NCBI RefSeq assembly: GCF_001194135.2 | Contig: NC_068986.1 | Location: forward strand, 451,699 to 499,160 | Length of the DNA: 47,462 nt | Source of the DNA: Octopus bimaculoides | Lineage: Eukaryota | Direction of reading: 5' to 3' | Part shown: piece by piece, positions 36,360 to 47,462 of the stretch | Layout of the letters: each line of letters opens with the position of its first letter | Position numbering within the stretch: position 1 is the stretch's first letter | The notes under the pieces: generated by a model | Database searches by the model: none | The model's input: the letters and a program-made list of their open reading frames with translations, nothing else | What the model was told of the DNA's origin: nothing | Program-made: the position numbers and the translations under genes

Positions 36360-37381
36360 TAGTTGGCTTTTGCTTTGTATTTGTACAAATTGGCTCTAAG
36401 TCTCACCCAGAGACCTCAAGAGACAATAAGTTCGAAGTTCAAGTTGGTGTTATGACAAGTGTGCCATATATTTTGTTTTGCACGGCGTTGTTCTAAAAAA
36501 CATTTGTCAAAACATAAGTAAATTAAAAGTTTGTTTTAAACGTAATTTCATTATAAGACTATAGCATGTTAAAATGACAGTAGAATGTGTTTGTTATTAT
36601 GTACATTTAAAAGTATTTTAACACTGTTTACAGATTAAAATGCTTTTCTTATTACATAGATCATACTTTATGTAGGATATGAGCAGTTCCCATAAGCACT
36701 ATTTTTTCAAGCTCTTCCGTTTTCGGATTTCTTGGTATGTGAGCTAGATAATAATCAGCCCCTTTTGCTATCATTCCTAGGGCACCTATGACAATAGTTA
36801 TTGTTTTAAACTTGAGGTTCCACATTTTGCCAATTTCTATTTCAAGATCTTTATACTTGCTTAGATTTTGTAGGTCTTGACATATATTTATGTCGATTGG
36901 GACTGTCAAATCAATGGGGAGGTACGATTTTTGTCTGAATTCCTTCAATATAACGTCTAGCCTATTTGCATCTATCTCTCTGTCAGTTTGAACGTTGAAG
37001 TTCCAAAGGCGTAACATGCGGTCATCTTCAAGCACTGGTAAGGGATTGTGTTCCCACCAGTTTGTTTTATCATGGAACAGGTCTAAGTCTTTGAAAATTA
37101 CCCAGTGGATAGACTGTGCAGCTCTATCATGCCTGTTGAGATACTCTGTAGGCGCAAGAAAACTGTACATGGAGACATGATCGATGGTTTCATTTTGTTG
37201 CTTCCATACATGACATGTTGGGCTACTACCGTTCTTTAAGCTGGTGACCTGGTAGCTTCTTGTAGGTAGGCATTGATCTTAGGCTGCTCTGATAAATCCT
37301 TCCGTCTCTGATTTTAAGCGAGAAAACTAATCATTGATGGGTAAAAGTTTGTCAATATCACCAGTATTAGCTCTCTGTGGA
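36360..37381 (-). mobile_element. 5'-truncated R4/Dong-like RLE LINE (CCHC knuckle, restriction-like endonuclease, 3' UTR)
   Basis: LKSETEGFIRAA*DQCLPTRSY..CHVCG..ETIDHV, then ORF 36661-37170 LAPTEYLNRHD...WEHNP..VLEDD..LWNFNVQTDREIDANRLDVI...IDLTVP...SKYKDLEIEIGKMW...IVIGALG...VLMGTAHILHKV*. (ATT)n on both flanks. Confidence 0.95.
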
Positions 37382-38071
37382 TATTATTATTATTATATTA
37401 TTATTAATATTATTATCAGTAGTAGTAGTAGTTCATTTGTGTTCAGAATCATTGCATGTTTCTCAAATAGCACCAGGAAAATCAGATTATTACCACGTTT
37501 TATTGTAGGATATTTTTTTCTTTTTCAATTATATTGCAAACAAAGGACATCGAATCCTGTAAAAATCTAACTCAATACTTAGGGTAGACAAAATGTCCAC
37601 ATGCTATATATTTTGTTACATTTTTTTCCTGAAAATTTTCTTGCCTTTACAAACTTTTCGATATGACGTCTACCAGAAGATCAGTAAGCATTACCTAACA
37701 AGAAAGAGCGTAGCAGCACCGAATACACTTCTCTGAAAGAAAAGCAATTGGAATAATTTTCAAAGACATGATAGCAAATGTTAAAATGAATAAAGAGAAT
37801 TTTTTAAAATAAGTACAGAAAAGAAAACAATAAAGTAAGAGTTACTCTCACAAATATTATTAGACACAATTTTCTACCGGAAAATGCAAATTTGCACAAC
37901 AGCAAAACATTACCAACACTAACACTGCAACCTTGTACGGTAACAAGTGTTCTGACAACTGTTTTTCTTATATATAATAAACCAAAGTGAAGTTGAAACA
38001 TAGGCTCAACCCTTCTCAAAGAGCTATTAAAGCATAAGGCGGTTTGCAAAGGCTGGTCTCTAGAGAATTCA

Positions 38072-38109
<38 letters not shown>

Positions 38110-38113
<4 letters not shown>

Positions 38114-38280
38114 TTGGTTTCAAATTTTGGCACAAGCCAGCAAGTTCGAAATTGGGAGTAAGCACATCGACCCCAGTGCTTAACTGCTATTTATGTATCG
38201 ACCCCGGCCGCATCTGAACTCAGAATGCAAAGATGGACGAAATGCCGCTAAGCATTTTGCCAGGCGTGATAACGGTTCTG
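38110..38280 (-). mobile_element. SINE family A, partly deleted
   Basis: Reverse complement of head, core and GGCTTGTGCCAAAATTTGAAACCAATA tail. Confidence 0.85.
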
Positions 38281-38506
38281 AAATATTACCGTATAAAACA
38301 GCACGTTAATCTTAAGTTAATATTTTTTTTAGTTATTAGATAGTATTGTTATATTGTTTACGAAAGAATTCTTGAAAAAGTTTGAATAATGATAAGAAAC
38401 ACTGTCAAATCAACAGCTGCCTTGACGAAACACATTTAATTCTAACCAACAATATGTATTTTCACGAATAATTAGGCATGTCATTTTGCTGATAATAATT
38501 GCCTGT

Positions 38507-38683
38507 AAGACATCGAGCTGGCAGAATCGCCAGAACACCTAGCAAAATACTTAGTAGCATTTGGTCTGTGTTTACGTTCTGAGTTCAAATTCTGCAGAGG
38601 TCGGCTTTGCATTTTTATTATTATTTTTTTTCGGGATCTTTGCATGTTTTCTTTCGGGATCCATAAAATAAGTACCAGTTGAG
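38507..38683 (+). mobile_element. SINE family A, interrupted at its core by a GGATCT-terminated MITE
   Basis: The copy runs from the head to ATAAAATAAGTACCAGTTGAG, and GGATCTTTT begins at 38684. Confidence 0.85.
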
Positions 38684-39030
38684 GGATCTTTTCGTTTTGA
38701 TGGGCAACTCGATTAATTAATTTTCTTTAACTAAACACTTTGAAACTTCGGATACTGGAAGAATGTGTCATATAGAACATTCTTTACTCTTCGCGTTGTT
38801 GAGAAAAGCTATTTTCGAAGTTATTTCGTGTTAAATTTGTATTTCGGTAATTTCAACCAATCAATGACGTGTATTCAGCTGAATAAAATTACTGCTGTTG
38901 TTTGTCAAAAACAACTTCCAGTGGTGTATGTTTTGTTTGTCACTGTTATTTATGACATATTTCCTTCCAGTTACGTTCATATGAATAAACGAGTGTATCT
39001 GAAGCACATTTACTTCATGACACCACAATA
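38684..39030 (-). mobile_element. Partial copy of the GGATCT-terminated MITE family
   Basis: Reverse complement matches 8700-8890 and 34927-35090. The terminus GGATCTTTT is at 38684; the other end was not found. Confidence 0.8.
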
Positions 39031-39342
39031 ATCGTTCGTGCATTTCTACTGCTTTTAGGTTTTTACCCTGTTTTTCGACTATTTTCGGAAAGACCCCCCC
39101 CCCACAAAAAAAAATTTTTCTCGAAGGTTATAACATTTTGTATTAGAAGGCATGATAGTATATCGACGTTTTGATTGAAAATTTTAAAGTTATTCCTAGA
39201 ATGTTAAAACTTAGTGCCCATGCACAGCAGAGTTCAAGGTTAATCTATGCCAAGTGGTTTCATTCTGTGTGCATTAGCTTCGTTACATACACAACAGACC
39301 ATTTACTTATTGATCAGACCATGTATTTATTTCATGCCAATG

Positions 39343-39400
<58 letters not shown>

Positions 39401-39567
39401 CACCCGCGCGTAACTCTTTTCATTTAGGTAATCTCGAAGCATTGCTGTGACTTCCATCTCTAGCTTATCCAGTTGACCAGGCATATAGGATAAATTCTAT
39501 CGTCTATAAGACGAAAGTCAGAACAACGCTTCCAGATTACCTAAATGAAAAGAGTTATGTGAAGGTG
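39401..39567. mobile_element. Short fold-back element / MITE
   Basis: TAACTCTTTTCATTTAGGTAATCT (39411-39434) is the perfect reverse complement of 39534-39557, and imperfect pairing continues inward and outward. Confidence 0.8.
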
Positions 39568-40245
39568 TTTTCAAAGGACGTTACTCAAACCACCTAACTT
39601 CTTTCCAGAACATCGACAAATGTAAAGCTATTAAACGGGTTAGCCACATATGGGATTTGACGACCAACTGCACACCACATACAATCTAGTGGAGAATCTT
39701 TGAGAATTTCATGCCATATGTAAATTAATCTAAGGAATGCAACTGAAACTTTGCACATTCTGTTTCGATCTAAGAATTCCCCCACACTGCTAAATTTTCA
39801 GCAAATGCAAGCATATGGACAAGTATCTTTCGGCGACCTGAAGCACCTCGTCCTCTCCGGAATGAGCGGCTGCCTCGCAGACTTTTGATCGCTCTCGGTT
39901 CAATTGTTCGACAACAACTATTTCTATTGTGACTTTTACGGACAAAAGAGACATAACGTTAATTTACTTTCTTTTCTTTTTCCAATTTTATTCTTACTTC
40001 CGTCTTATACATCAAGCTTCTGCTAGATTTTTGCTCGTGATTTCTAATGAAAACAGCATGAATTTTTTTTTAAAGGATAGACTATGTGCTCGGAGCCTTA
40101 AAAATCCATGATACAAGGTGCGTTTTTAAAAATCTGCCTAGATACATGTTTCAGCAGCAAGAAAATTTTAGTAGGTCATAGCTTTATAATGTGCACATTA
40201 AATGATACATACATACATCTCTCTTTCTCTCTCTAATAAATATAT

Positions 40246-40292
<47 letters not shown>

Positions 40293-40771
40293 NNNNNNNN
40301 NNNNNNNNNNNNNNNNNNNNNNNNNNNNNNNNNNNNNNNNNNNNNNNNNNNNNNNNNNNNNNNNNNNNNNNNNNNNNNNNNNNNNNNNNNNNNNNNNNNN
40401 NNNNNNNNNNNNNNNNNNNNNNNNNNNNNNNNNNNNNNNNNNNNNNNNNNNNNNNNNNNNNNNNNNNNNNNNNNNNNNNNNNNNNNNNNNNNNNNNNNNN
40501 NNNNNNNNNNNNNNNNNNNNNNNNNNNNNNNNNNNNNNNNNNNNNNNNNNNNNNNNNNNNNNNNNNNNNNNNNNNNNNNNNNNNNNNNNNNNNNNNNNNN
40601 NNNNNNNNNNNNNNNNNNNNNNNNNNNNNNNNNNNNNNNNNNNNNNNNNNNNNNNNNNNNNNNNNNNNNNNNNNNNNNNNNNNNNNNNNNNNNNNNNNNN
40701 NNNNNNNNNNNNNNNNNNNNNNNNNNNNNNNNNNNNNNNNNNNNNNNNNNNNNNNNNNNNNNNNNNNNNNN
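40293..40771. other. Assembly gap (N run) within (TA)n
   Basis: N run. Confidence 1.
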
Positions 40772-40819
<48 letters not shown>

Positions 40820-40879
40820 GCATATGCATATGTGTGTGTAGGTGAATGTGTGTGTGTGTGTGTGTGTCTGTCTATCTGC

Positions 40880-40980
40880 CTACCTGCCTATGTGGTAAAA
40901 AGTACTCTCAGTATAGCACGAAGTGGAAGCGAAACCCGGACGTCAAGACTGCCAAGCGTACTTCTTAACCGCGCTTGTAA
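40880..40980 (-). mobile_element. SINE head, degraded (family B/C-like)
   Basis: Reverse complement GCGCGGTTAAGAAGTACGCTTGGC...CCGGGTTTCGCTTCCAC. Confidence 0.5.
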
Positions 40981-41308
40981 GATCAGGAAAACATTCTTCC
41001 CAATACACAGACAAGCAATTGTAAATCAACATTCACGGATCCAAGCACTTAAATGTTCAGAAAATTTCGACTGACAGCGACCATGCTATATAAACAATCG
41101 TGTAACTTCTAAGATTCCACACTCTTCTTCCCTGATTTAAATTCGCTTTGGCGTTTACAAAATTGCAATTTCTCGAATGTGATGTAAAACACAAATGGAA
41201 AGAAGAAACTAAATCGAAACACATAAGTGTCGAAATAGCTCTTTACTCTAATGATGATGTAACCAGAAAGAATACATTGACAAAAACACCACAAATATAA
41301 TAGAAATA

Positions 41309-42594
41309 TCACTCAGAATGTTCCAGAAAATTAAAGAGAATGGACAGTAGGCGTCTGTTTGAGAAGGATTCAGCATCACAGCTGCGGGTGGTGAATAGAG
41401 AATAATTATGGAAACGAGAATGTTTTAGAATGAAGATTTCAGTTATAAAAGGAGAGGGGCAAAAAAAAGAATCTGTTATTTGAGAAAGAATTGTTTATTA
41501 AAATGTTACGTATTCATTATATGTCTAAATGTATGTGTACGTATATAAATGTGTATGTGTGCGCGCGCGCATGTATAGATGCGTGTGTGTGTATGTATGT
41601 GCTTGTGTGTGTGTTTATATATGTATGTGTATGTGTGCATGTATATACACATACTTTTAATATTAATAGTGGCTGTTTTCTTCGCGGTTTAGCCGTTGAT
41701 ACTTGCTAATAAAAACTTGCATATTTAAAGTATCAACAACACAAACCTATTAAACAAATGTGTGTATGTATGTATGTGTGTGTATGTGTGAGAGAGAGAG
41801 AGAAGGAGAAAGAAAGGGGAAGAGTGAAAGAGAAAGAGTGTGTGTATGTATATGTATACGTATGTTATCAATATGCATTTGTATAAATTAGTATGTACGT
41901 ATTTATACATGTATGCATGTATATATGTAGCCATCCATGGATGGATGGATGGATTGTGGATGGAAGGGTGGCTTCCAAACAAAAACGTGCAATATTAATG
42001 AAAAGCAGTACAAATCTTGCTTTGATCACACATTGTAAGAAGCACAAGAAACATTAAAATAATAGCTTTCTGTACTTGAAGCAAAATGAATTGCCCTCGC
42101 TTGATCAAATGGAAATATGCAACATTCGAAAATTACCAACAGGAACAGGGAATTGGTACAAACAAATTTTCACACGCCAAAAAATGTCTAGGTAGTTGAA
42201 TACTGAAACATTGTGATGAAGATGAAGAAAGCGGAATGATGTCATGTTGGTATTACCTCGAATTTTTCCATTTAAAATTTTCTAAATTCACCTGCGGCTG
42301 ACTGCTGATTTGTCTGAGGTGATCTAAGTTACCTTGATTGAAACGCCGGCTCGATGTCCTGAGCTACAGTGAGCGGTTTGATATAGCAATTCTTGAATAC
42401 TTTCTCCTTTACCTGTTGACTGTTCCTAATCTACCCCTAGCAGAGAACACTGATTCTTTCGTGTGGCCAAATAGTATTACTAAGCTGAAGAAATAAGGAG
42501 AAAAATAAAGAATAAAAGCAATAAAAGGCTAAGCAAAAGATCCACGAATAGAGTGTATAGGACAGTTAAACTTATGCATGCTCCACAGTGCCAT
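41309..42594 (-). CDS. Speculative 4-exon small ORF (77 aa): exons 42594-42572, 42484-42413, 42202-42137, 41381-41309
   Basis: GT-AG introns with long pyrimidine tracts, all phase 2, giving MALWSMHNLVILFGHTKESVFSARGRLGTVNSIQLPRHFLACENLFVPIPCSCCCDAESFSNRRLLSILFNFLEHSE*. No homology recognised, and the first donor (GTTTAA) is weak. Confidence 0.18.
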
Positions 42595-43096
42595 CTAAAA
42601 TCAAACAAGTGAGAGTATATCATTCCCAAGCTTCATATTAAAATGAGGTAAAAAAATATCAATTTGAAGTGCGAAATACATTTTTGTATGCTCACATTGT
42701 CTTGTTTTCTTGCTTTGCTGATTTTTTTCGACGAGCGTGAGTAAAGAGAAAAAATTTCGAAGTGAAAAATGTAATGTTGTAGAAATTGTAAGAGTTTGCT
42801 CAGCAATTTTGAGTAAAGGTATTGGGGAATATCTCTTGAGATGTCGACCGAGAGATAGAAAACTGTTTGCAAGAAACCGTATAAAAACTGTGAATAAAAA
42901 TGAAACGAGTGAAATGACGCGAGTTATTTACATGCAACAATACGAATATCATTGATTTGAACGGAAACAAAATTCTGCCGAAGGAAGCTACGAGAAAAAC
43001 TAACTTGAAAAAGAAAAAAAGCGAACAAAATATGAACTGAGAAAAAAAATAAATGAATCAAAACAATGCAAAGTGACACAAAATAGAACTGGAGAA

Positions 43097-43136
43097 ATGA
43101 CTGAATAGAATAGAGACGGACATACATAGGTTTATA
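43097..43136 (-). promoter_or_regulatory. Candidate Pol II core promoter (TATAAA plus Inr TCAGTC)
   Basis: On the minus strand TATAAA begins at 43136 and TCAGTC has its A at 43102, 34 bp apart, followed by about 400 bp of unique, non-repetitive sequence. Confidence 0.3.
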
Positions 43137-44059
43137 GGTGGGGGGGGGGAGTATAGAAGATACAAGAGCAATTTCAAACGAGGAGAAGGAAGAGGTGAAT
43201 ACATGAAAATATTAAAGATATCCAAGGAATAGATTTAACTTTTTGTCTACCATTTAATTAATAGAATCACTTAGACAAAAGTAATCGATTGATTGATAGA
43301 TAGATAGATAAGGGTAGGTAATATTATATTGTATTATGCATTATATTTTTAATTTATTTTGCAACAATTTTTTTTTCTGAAATCGTAAGTTTATATCATA
43401 TTATATATTAAATACATATTTTTTAATTTCTTTTACAAGAATTTTTATCTGAAATCATATCTTGAAACCAGTCTTGTAATATTTTGGAAGAAGCAGTTAA
43501 TTAAAGCCTATAAACCCACTCGCAAGTTGTTTATCTATATAAACAAGTGTGCTTATCGGGCTTCATTTATATGACTATTCAAAACTATGTGTTTGTGTAA
43601 ATAACTGGATATTTTATCGTTATATTACAGCTAGTGGTTTCTACAGCTAGTGGTTTCTACAGCTGTGTATATAAGCGTTGATGAACGAATTTCAGTGAGT
43701 CTTTCACAGTGTTTGTGCATGTTTGAGTGTCTTCTGAAAATGTCTGATGGCGATTAATGTGAGGTATGTTATTTTTGAAAACAGACATGTGTTGCTAGCA
43801 TTCCGTCTAATCTTCTTAGTAATGTTCTAAATGTATAAGCATGTTGATATAATCTATCCTTAAATTATCAGTCAGTTCAATTTCATTTTATAAATAATGT
43901 TACATGTAATGATACCTACATACAAAACTATTTTTTCTCCAGCAATTACCATGGATTGAACATAATTTTAGGATGAAATTTGCATTTCTTACCTGTAACT
44001 GCTGTCTAAGTTCTGATGGATACCAATAGTCATTTCTTTTTTAATTTTTAATGGCTGCT

Positions 44060-44115
44060 AGAAGGCGGTGAGCTTGCGGAATATTTAGTATGCCGATCGA
44101 AATGCTTAAACAATA
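44060..44115 (+). mobile_element. SINE family A head fragment
   Basis: GAAGGCGGTGAGCTTGCGGAAT...CGAAATGCTTA. Confidence 0.65.
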
Positions 44116-44222
44116 TTTAGCAAAAGATCCCTCGATGTTGGCTTGTAGAAAACCATATCTCTGTGTATGTCATTCGTTCATTGCTCAATATCTATCTATC
44201 TGTATGTCTTCTCACACGTGCT

Positions 44223-44258
<36 letters not shown>

Positions 44259-44419
44259 CGTTCAAGTTCCTTTGCAGAAGACGTTTATGAGTGTGCGCAT
44301 AAGAACTATATTATTTTGTTGGTAACGGCCTAATGATTCAAACTTACAAGAGGAGTTTTATGGGATTGTACCGAGTTGTTCTGACACAACGTAGGATAAA
44401 TATATTATATATATTCATA

Positions 44420-44610
44420 TGATAGATCGCTAGCCACTACACATTCTTTATTTCCTCTCCTTGTCTCATTCTGTGTTACTTTCTGTAGAATATAGGCTCG
44501 AAACGTTAAATACTTTTTCACTTCACGAGCGTTAAACTAATACATTTGTTTGTTGTCTACACCACCTGTCTTCATCTTTTGTTGCTTTTTTTGTGAACTC
44601 TCTCTATATA
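44420..44610 (+). mobile_element. Probable Penelope-type terminal repeat fragment
   Basis: Contains TAGGCTCGAAACG (3' half of a minimal hammerhead core) in a pyrimidine-rich segment ending in a (CT)/(TA) tail. The family assignment is from recall. Confidence 0.35.
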
Positions 44611-45689
44611 TACTTACGCACACACACACACACACACACATACGCACACACGCATACACACATATATATACACATTTATGCATGCATTATGTAAGTATAT
44701 ATATAAAGTGAAGAACATCCAACACAAGTCAGGAGATATGGAAAAATAAGAAAACGCGCTATTCATTTTACATTACAGTTTATTAATTCTAAAGTATATT
44801 ATTACAATCTGATCATTTCAAAATACAATATTGTATTGAAAAACAGATTATCAAAATCAAATTATTTCAAAATACGTTATTACATATTCCCAAATATCAT
44901 GTGTGCGTGCGTGCGTGTGTGTTCGTGTATGTATGTATGTATGTATGTATGTATGTATGTATGTATGTACGTACGTACGTACGAATTAATGTACATACAG
45001 CACGGGTTTGAGAAACTAAATTTCATTTAATTGTAGTTAGGGTATTTAGCATCTACTCTGTTTAGAAAATAAACAGATATGAAAACATCTCATTCTTTTC
45101 TTGTGCACAGAAAAATAAGGATATTGCCTTGACATGTTTCATAACTAATCGGTTATTCTTCAGAGGGCATCCACCCTCATTCTTCTGTCTACAAGGGAAA
45201 TTTGAATAAACGCGCGCACACACATATATATACATACATATGTGAATGTATATACGTATGTATACGCCTGTCTGTCTATCCCGTTATACAGACTCAAACA
45301 TGAATATATGTCATTATGCTTATCTTTATACTTATTTACTTCTGATATATAAATATAGAGAATTCCTCTGATAAGAAACTGGTATTTTTCTGTCTTCATT
45401 CCAAAGACCTATTACTCCCATGTTTCCCAGGACACACAAAACTGTATTTTTCAAAATTTCCAATTCCTTTGACGAAGGAGTTAGACTTGTCCTGCGTTCT
45501 CTACTTACATAGATGCATTTAAGTTTTCTGTTAAAGTAAGAGACCATTTTAATTGGGTTCTGTTTTTTAAATTTGTATAGCAAGGAAAATATGTAAAAAC
45601 TTCAAAACTATAACCTGTAACTCCTTACTGCTTTTTATGTAAGTAACGTTGGAGATGTGCTTCGTTCTTCAAAGGTGAAAGAGATACTG

Positions 45690-45796
45690 GCATTCTGTCC
45701 ATTATAAATGCAGGGGTTCCAGTTTCTCTGATCAATAGAACAGCCTTAGGACACACGGTTTCCTAACACCCTAGCCACTAAGCCGTGCTCCTTCAC
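45690..45796 (-). mobile_element. SINE family C head, truncated
   Basis: Reverse complement GTGAAGGAGCACGGCTTAGTGGCTAGGGTGTT, an A-box like that at 22673. Confidence 0.55.
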
Positions 45797-46929
45797 TCTA
45801 AAAGTGGTACATATGCTCACGTAGATGCATATAGATATATACATACGTAGAATCACGAACTAGAGCACCACTACCAGATGCAATTTAAGTTCACACTCAG
45901 AACGTACGTACATACGTAAATACTTACATATACACACCCATTTACCCACACATACACACACATACCCAAACACACACACATATATACATACATGCATGCA
46001 TGCATACATACATACATACATACATACATTCTTGCATAGAGAAAAATGATGTTCGGTTATAGAGATAAGCTTCTCTATAGAAATGAACATTTCATTCAAA
46101 ATCAGAGGTAGAGAATATTTATTAACAATTGTTTCTCTCCCCAGATTAGCGATTTAATTGTAATAATTGTGCACTTGAGTATCTTACTAAATTCGTGAAT
46201 TGTAGTTACAAAAATCTGGAGTAACCAAGCAAGGAAAGAGAATAGCTAATGATACACTTCACAAGTACAACTTGTAATTGGAACCGTGAAAATATGCAAA
46301 ACATTTCTAAAATTCAACGATTAAATTCTTACTCTTGTCATTTAAATTCCAATGATTTTATTAGAAAACACCCACTCAGTCTTCTTAATGGAATGAATTA
46401 ATAACATTTTGAAAACAAGAAGACATTCATGCGCAATACATGCATACATACGTAGATATCTGTGGCTGAACTCCGATCATCCGCATTAAAATTATACTTT
46501 TCTCATATCTAGAATCTCTGCAACATTTCATGTAAGGATTGCTTGTGGTAACTAAAGAGGCATGCGCAAAGAAAGCATGTACTTTTCTAAATCTCTCTCG
46601 AGTTTATTGTAAACCAGATTGCTGTTGTACAGAAGATTCCGTTAGTTCTAATGTAACATAATCGCATTAGTTGTAATCTAACTGTAATAGTTTTAATATT
46701 TAGTTACAAAAATAATACATAATAATCTACACAGAGCTTCAAAGCCATACTATGCGGAAGTTTTGTTATTGTCTTATCCTTCTGTCGATGTAGCGAAGAA
46801 AATGAAAATACAAAAAGCTATTTTGAGTTATATAAAAACAGGGTGAGCCTCACGTGTACGCGCGGTTGTGCTTAAGGTTCAGGTGCGCGTATATATTGTA
46901 ATAAAGTAATGGATAAGAAAAGTATAGAC

Positions 46930-47167
46930 ATATATGCATTTGTGTGTATGTGTACGTATATGTGTATGTGTGCGTGCGTGTGTATTTGTATGTATGCATG
47001 TGTGTGTACACACATATATATATATACATAGATATATGTTTGCCTGTATGTATGTCCGTATGTATATGTATGCATATGTGTATATGCTTGTGTGCGTGCG
47101 TGTGTATGCATGTGTGTATGTAGTAGAAACTATAATAAAGGATTGAAAACGTGGTAAATGTTTATGC

Positions 47168-47210
<43 letters not shown>
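46930..47210. repeat. Compound (TG)/(TATG)/(TA) microsatellite; similar tracts at about 1867-1907, 4290-4970, 7225-7380, 7765-7821, 15592-15670, 17250-17345, 23109-23555, 26555-26760, 28400-28502, 29392-29436, 30485-30560, 32172-32222, 38074-38107, 39346-39397, 40200-40870, 41520-41660, 44618-44700, 44900-44980, 45900-46030
   Basis: Direct reading; these tracts explain the YI/CV/HT-rich ORFs in the supplied track. Confidence 0.97.
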
Positions 47211-47212
<2 letters not shown>

Positions 47213-47462
47213 AGTAAAAATAAATACAAAAAAGGTGGTTTTTTTGTATGATTGTGTATAGAGGAATATATTATTTTGTTTAAAAGAGTTCCAACACTGT
47301 CTGTTTTTTATGTTTTATTTATATTCCTGCAGAATTAATGTGGGGTATAGAATATGGAATATATAATACAATATACAATATAAAATAAAATAAAATAAAA
47401 ATGGATGGCACCATGAAAGAAAGTATTGAATCATCATCATCATCATCATCATCGTTTAACGT

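Noticed and set aside
43626-43664. 16-bp tandem duplication TACAGCTAGTGGTTTC (similar short duplications at 1-25 and about 31893-31924)
   Set aside because: Ordinary slippage duplications.

Overview
AT-rich, microsatellite-dense eukaryotic draft-assembly DNA with four N gaps. The repeat families look like those of an octopod cephalopod; this is my inference from recall, not a search result. No recognisable host protein-coding gene can be supported, and almost all ORFs in the supplied track are microsatellite, gap or antisense artefacts. The window is mostly decayed mobile DNA: a mariner (D34D) interrupted by a probable hAT end, two Tc1 fragments, two R4/Dong-like restriction-endonuclease LINE fragments, several Penelope-like remnants, more than 20 tRNA-derived SINE copies in three families, and MITEs. 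The best-supported oddity is a complete 551-bp non-autonomous element (34567-35117) with 37-bp TIRs, an 8-bp TSD (Merlin-like) and a central head-to-head telomeric-repeat palindrome. The most promising non-repeat signal is a minus-strand TATA/Inr plus a chain of phase-compatible short exons at 41.3-43.1 kb, which remains speculative.
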